IMG/VR virus record: IMGVR_UViG_3300025674_000290 | Span: 1 to 27,648 of that record | Source: a virus | Lineage: Duplodnaviria > Caudoviricetes | Strand: one strand, 5' to 3' | DNA: 27,648 nucleotides | Part shown: in pieces, positions 23,193 to 27,648 of the stretch | Layout of the letters: each line of letters begins with the position of its first letter | Position numbering within the stretch: position 1 is the stretch's first letter | Notes under the pieces: model-generated | What the model was told of the DNA's origin: nothing | What the model saw: the letters and a program-made list of their open reading frames with translations, nothing else | Database searches by the model: none | Made by a program: the position numbers and the translations under genes

Positions 23193-26100
23193 ATCTTCTG
23201 CTCCTCGGTATAAACATAGATTCAAACTCTGCGGCTAATATCTTAACTGGCAAGGCAGAACTACTCTTTACTTCAATGGTCACCTCGTTTGGTTGTGCTT
23301 GTACAGGAAATCTAAAGTGTCCGTTCTGTGGTATAAATTCATTCAACGATAAGTTAGCACCCACGATGTCAGGATTAAATGCATAGCTGTATGTATCTCT
23401 GTACTTAGGTGTTACTTCAACAGTAAAGTGTCCAGTGTCTGCATAGTCAAGACTACCACTACGTATTGTTTGATAGGTGTAATCAGATGCAGATCGTCCT
23501 CCTCGTTCCGTTGGTTGTTTCAATGTTTGATCGGAGAACCTGTACAACATATTGTACGGCTTACCCGCAAAGAACGGAACGGATGTTATGTCACCTGTTA
23601 CCTCACCTGCTGTTGATGTAGTCTTAATAAAGTTATACTTATGTCCAACCTTACTGTAAACATCCACATCAGCGGGGTCATACGGAAAACCACTAATCGT
23701 CGTCTTCTTGGTGGTTTCGTCGTAGCTAGTAGTCAATGAACTACCCTCCACCCGACTGTCCAAGTACAACGTATAATCCAACCCGCTATCCTTCAAACCG
23801 TCTTCTAATGTCAACGATTCTAGATGTAGTCCTTCCGTGTCAGATGTAAGCATAAACAACTTACTGTCTATAAAGTCACAACCAACGACGTCACGATCAA
23901 ACGTAAACTTCATCCATGCACTCTGTATCTTTTCTTTGTTACTCCAGAAGTACTTATAGACAAATAACGTCTTTAGATCGTCGTCTGTTGTTATAACAAG
24001 TGTATTCTCAGCAGGACTACCAACGATACGTGTAGCCTTCTTATTGATGTACTTAGGTATCTGTTGGGTTATCTCTTCTGCGTTAAACGTCTCCGTGTTG
24101 TTATCAACAAAGTATTCGTACACACCCTCGTAATCGTTCCGTTGAAAAGTAAAGTATATATAATTACCAACGGCTAACGGATTGATACTGTCTGATATAT
24201 CGTACTCAGTAACAGGAGATATAGCTACCGTCTTAGGACTTAGTATGTCAGCTCCCCGTAATACAAACTGTGACTGCTTACTGAATAACATCAGCTTCTC
24301 TTGGAACGGTATGGCGTGTTGCAGTACGGCTACTTTCGTGTGACTGAGTCCTACGTCTATCGGGGCACTGTCTAACAGCTGCTGTGTTGTAGTCCTGAAG
24401 AAGTTAAAGTATGCATCTGCTTCACTAAAGATAACAGCGTTGTTTGTCAGGAATCCTAAACGGTTCTTAAAGAAGAAGACGTCGTTGATAGTCTGCCCAA
24501 CAAATGAAGGGAACGGATTGGTAAAGTCGTCACCTGCTGCTCGTGCTGCATAACCGTAACCTGATGAATTGTACTGTCTACCCGATACCCAATCAGGAGC
24601 GTCTGTGTAATCCGTAGTGACTACCCAGTACTCTTCCCAATCAGCTCCTGTACCCGGTTCGTTATCACTACTAGATTCGTGGTCTTCTGCTATTGTATAT
24701 ATAACACCATTGTTCTTAACCGTATTTCTTAATTCATCAGGTGCTTGCAGGAAAAACTTACTTACCTCACCAAGGGCGTTAAACTCTGGCACTAATGTTA
24801 CAGGCATAGTTTCGTTTTTAACAACGGTATCTATTCCTTCGGGAGGTTTAGCGGAACGAACATCAGACGTCCATCCGACTATCTCTACCCAGCTTCCTTC
24901 ACCGTAGTCCTCTCTGTCCTTTGTTTGAAAACGAACGTAGTAATCATCCTGCGATATATCAGCATCCCCACGAATCTTTATACGAAAGTCGTTAAAGCAA
25001 CGCTTAGGTAAGTCCGTGATGCTGTCTACTTCTTTGTAAGCAACACCTAAACCTTGATTAGCTAATCCATCTTCTGTTCGTATACTGAAGTCGTTATCGC
25101 TTGTCAGTTTAATAACAGCACCTTGTCTTTCGACTTCTATTGTATTACCTATAAAAGTACTGCTTGTAATAGAAGGCATTGCAGTGACAGGAGCGGAAAG
25201 GGTCGAGTCTGTATAATCTTTTTTAACAGAGGTTGTTGATGCAGGTTGTCCGGGTACAAAACCAGTTGATCTATTATACCTAGAAGATGTAGCCCTTTTA
25301 TCGTGAATAGTGTGCTGCCTTATTATAAGCTTTAAAGTATTACTAGCTAAAGCACTGTCGTACCCTGTGCCTTTTTGTGTTAATACGCTAGATTGTACAG
25401 AACCATTCCTAAATATACACGTGCCTTTAGCGCCAAAACCTATCTGAACGGCTGCTGGGTTCGTGTAGGCAATATCATACTGTTCAATAAAAAACTCATA
25501 ACTATAAGTAATTTTATCGAAAAATGGAAAACCTATTTTATGCGTACCCGAATCAGGGAAACCACTACCACCGCTAAGTAACGAACCTGATAAAGATTCA
25601 TCCGTAGGTACATAAGCCTTTAAAACTGTCTCTAAGTCTTCTGCTATCAGTTCAGTATCAGCGTGTTCACCTGTTTGACTACCGCCTGACGTAGCCCCTC
25701 CGCTCTCGTAGGTGTGCCCAGCTGGTGGTGTAGAAGTTCCCGTAGTACCGTCATGTGGTACAACTTTACCATCTAAATATACGTCGTATGTCTTCTCGTA
25801 ATCCCCCAGTTTAACAAACACTAACGCTTCGTACTTACCATCGTCGTTACGTATATCTTTACTTTTTAGATCAGCGTCCGTATTAACCGCTACCGTCTTA
25901 CTCTTATTAACAAGAAACGTATAGTCAGCTACTGTCAGTGCTCGTAATTCCTGTACTGGGTTTGTTATACCGCTCAAGTAAGCCTGAGCAATAGAAGTAG
26001 TAGCAACAGGAATAGAAGTACCAAGTGATAAGTTAAACGCACTAACGCTACCACCCACTGATACATTGATAACGTACTTGTTCGTCTCGTCCCGTTTAAC

Positions 26101-26298
26101 AAAGTGTGTGAATAGATTGGATGGTTGACTGCTGTCTACATTCTTTATGTAGCTTGTGTGTGGTCTTTTTACCAACCCTTCAACAACAGTAGCCCAAGCA
26201 TTTATCTGCTCGTCACACTGACCGGGATACCTAAGATTGTCTGGTTGTTGTGATACGCCCTGAGCTAGATTAGGTACGCTGTTAACTAATAACGGCAT
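23182..26298 (-). CDS. gp12: Tail tubular protein B (nozzle), with insertions
   Basis: PNLAQGVSQQPD, GLVKRP, TVADYTFLVN, PSFVGQTINDVFFFKNRLGFL, YFNFFRTT, QSAW. Confidence 0.95.
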   Translation of the reverse strand: MPLLVNSVPNLAQGVSQQPDNLRYPGQCDEQINAWATVVEGLVKRPHTSYIKNVDSSQPSNLFTHFVKRDETNKYVINVSVGGSVSAFNLSLGTSIPVATTSIAQAYLSGITNPVQELRALTVADYTFLVNKSKTVAVNTDADLKSKDIRNDDGKYEALVFVKLGDYEKTYDVYLDGKVVPHDGTTGTSTPPAGHTYESGGATSGGSQTGEHADTELIAEDLETVLKAYVPTDESLSGSLLSGGSGFPDSGTHKIGFPFFDKITYSYEFFIEQYDIAYTNPAAVQIGFGAKGTCIFRNGSVQSSVLTQKGTGYDSALASNTLKLIIRQHTIHDKRATSSRYNRSTGFVPGQPASTTSVKKDYTDSTLSAPVTAMPSITSSTFIGNTIEVERQGAVIKLTSDNDFSIRTEDGLANQGLGVAYKEVDSITDLPKRCFNDFRIKIRGDADISQDDYYVRFQTKDREDYGEGSWVEIVGWTSDVRSAKPPEGIDTVVKNETMPVTLVPEFNALGEVSKFFLQAPDELRNTVKNNGVIYTIAEDHESSSDNEPGTGADWEEYWVVTTDYTDAPDWVSGRQYNSSGYGYAARAAGDDFTNPFPSFVGQTINDVFFFKNRLGFLTNNAVIFSEADAYFNFFRTTTQQLLDSAPIDVGLSHTKVAVLQHAIPFQEKLMLFSKQSQFVLRGADILSPKTVAISPVTEYDISDSINPLAVGNYIYFTFQRNDYEGVYEYFVDNNTETFNAEEITQQIPKYINKKATRIVGSPAENTLVITTDDDLKTLFVYKYFWSNKEKIQSAWMKFTFDRDVVGCDFIDSKLFMLTSDTEGLHLESLTLEDGLKDSGLDYTLYLDSRVEGSSLTTSYDETTKKTTISGFPYDPADVDVYSKVGHKYNFIKTTSTAGEVTGDITSVPFFAGKPYNMLYRFSDQTLKQPTERGGRSASDYTYQTIRSGSLDYADTGHFTVEVTPKYRDTYSYAFNPDIVGANLSLNEFIPQNGHFRFPVQAQPNEVTIEVKSSSALPVKILAAEFESMFIPRSRRYGS

Positions 26299-26876
26299 TA
26301 TCTATCTAGCACTCGTAACACGCTGTAATCGTCAAAGATCGTTCTGTCAGCTGCCTCACTGTCTGCATCTATAGCACGGGCTTTCGCTTCTATCTCGTCA
26401 CGTGTGGCAAAGCCTTCTATCTCACGACTACCAAGAAAACGATTAGCGAAGATACGGGCAGCTTTAACGGTGATGTAGTGTCGGAACTGTTCGGGTAATT
26501 CTTCGAACGGTAACTCAAAAGTTATGGAGGCTTTAACCTCCTTTGACCAGACGTCGGTGTGATTCTTCCTATCGTATAGTTTTAATCCACGTTGTACTGG
26601 GTCGTTGTCTGTATAAATTTGTGGGTCAAGATCAATACGTAACGTATTATTGGGAAGCATGATCTTGCTGTCAAAAGTGTTGGGGGTAAGGACGTATTCG
26701 TGCTCGGTGTTAAAATGCCAACCCTCTGACTGTACGGCTCTGCTTGTTTCGTCTAGGGTATTCTCTGCCTGAACAACGGTAACTGGTACAGCTGTCCCTC
26801 CTAGTGTGTTGACGGGTGCTTCTCCGATGACGCTAATCATCGTGTTTACTGCGTTAAGTTTAGTTGTCAGAGCCAT
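26298..26876 (-). CDS. gp11: Tail tubular protein A (adaptor)
   Basis: LNAVN-x-M-x-x-x-IGEAPV, VQSEGWHFNTE, ELPEQFRHYI-x-x-KAAR. Confidence 0.95.
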   Translation of the reverse strand: MALTTKLNAVNTMISVIGEAPVNTLGGTAVPVTVVQAENTLDETSRAVQSEGWHFNTEHEYVLTPNTFDSKIMLPNNTLRIDLDPQIYTDNDPVQRGLKLYDRKNHTDVWSKEVKASITFELPFEELPEQFRHYITVKAARIFANRFLGSREIEGFATRDEIEAKARAIDADSEAADRTIFDDYSVLRVLDR

Positions 26877-26882
26877 AGTAAT

Positions 26883-26933
26883 AAAAAGTTCGGTAGAAGG
26901 GAGCGGAACGAATCACAGGCCTCCCAACACCGA
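26883..26933 (-). terminator. Tphi-like terminator after the capsid gene
   Basis: Minus RNA UCGGU..GGGAG / CUCCC..ACCGA interrupted stem followed by ACUUUUU; same position as T7 Tphi. Confidence 0.7.
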
Positions 26934-26941
26934 GAGAGTGG

Positions 26942-27648
26942 TTACTTCTGAAGTTCGATAGCACACTCAGGACGGAGAACTCCGTGACCCATAGCGTACT
27001 TCGCAACAAAAAGTGTACCTTGACGTTCGATTTGGTACTCAGATTCAGTAGCCAAGTCGAGCAGTTTAACAGTTCCAACAGCAGCAGAATGAGAAACGAT
27101 ACCAAGCGTGTTAGTAAAGTTTCCGTTGTATCCTACTCCGCTACCACCGAACACGTCGTTAGCAGCTTCTCCGTCACCGGTAGCGTCAGCAGACAAGTCA
27201 GTCGATGGGATGTGGTTGGATTTGTAGATTGTGATACCTGCGATTTGAGGGATCGATCCTGAAGCGATGCTTCCTACGCCTCCGACGTCTTTGTTGACAG
27301 CGGAAGTAGAGATAGCCAACGCACCTGCACCACCAGTGATTAACTTGTAGTACTCTTGTGGACGAAGAACGCAGAAACGACCGTCGCTAGGAACGTCATT
27401 TTCGTCAAGCTTCTGAGCAGCAGTGAAAAGAGCAGCTGTTAATTCTGCACCTGTAGGATCAGTGTTGTCAGCGTCGTCAGCTGAGTCACTTACATTACCC
27501 ATTGCATTAGCAGAAACGTCGAGGATACCGCCAGTCTTACCACCAGTTACGGCAGCAGCAGAACGAGCAGCAGCGATGAATACTTTAGCAAGAGCAGTAT
27601 CGAAACGAACAGCAAGAGCTTTACCCAACTCGTTAGCGTAGACGCTGC
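26942..27648 (-). CDS. gp10: Major capsid protein (5' part outside the window)
   Basis: SVYANELGKALA, LDENDVP...R, YKSNHIP, SAAVGTVKLLDL, AKYAMGHGVLRPECA; the frame stays open to the window edge. Confidence 0.96.
   Translation of the reverse strand, partial: SVYANELGKALAVRFDTALAKVFIAAARSAAAVTGGKTGGILDVSANAMGNVSDSADDADNTDPTGAELTAALFTAAQKLDENDVPSDGRFCVLRPQEYYKLITGGAGALAISTSAVNKDVGGVGSIASGSIPQIAGITIYKSNHIPSTDLSADATGDGEAANDVFGGSGVGYNGNFTNTLGIVSHSAAVGTVKLLDLATESEYQIERQGTLFVAKYAMGHGVLRPECAIELQK

Noticed and set aside
26942-26990. 10A/10B-type capsid frameshift extension
   Set aside because: No clear slippery sequence, and only about 65 nt containing the terminator before gp11.
1067-27641. Plus-strand ORFs in the track
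   Set aside because: Nearly all lie antisense to well-supported genes and have no recognisable motifs.
1-27648. tRNA or rRNA genes, IS elements, introns, inteins
   Set aside because: None recognised by eye; RNAP and terL have no extra length. A tRNA or Rfam scan was not run.

Overview
This window is about two-thirds of a T7-like podophage (Autographiviridae) genome with all recognisable genes on the minus strand. It appears to be read across the junction of the genome ends (circular assembly or concatemer). In transcription order (right to left) it holds: the 3' part of the major capsid gene plus a Tphi-like terminator; tail tubular A and B; a gp13-like gene; ejection proteins gp14, gp15 and gp16; a short gp17-type tail-fibre anchor; about 12 small fibre/adaptor and basic-protein genes; an RHH protein; small and large terminase; a roughly 1.3 kb mostly non-coding end region; about 13 small early genes; a single-subunit RNA polymerase; and the start of a gp2.5-like SSB. 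The inspected genes lack Shine-Dalgarno motifs. Main leads: (1) a 28-bp XerCD dif-like site (5947-5974) about 160-185 bp inside the predicted left genome end, with no integrase in the window, suggesting host-Xer-mediated integration or circularisation; (2) a split, modular fibre system of small paralogous proteins with shared motifs; (3) a HEXXH zincin metallopeptidase inside gp16; (4) an apparently circularly permuted CBM5/12-like module in the tail nozzle; (5) an antisense sigma70 promoter and structured non-coding region near the right end. All assignments come from motif recognition by eye; no searches were run.
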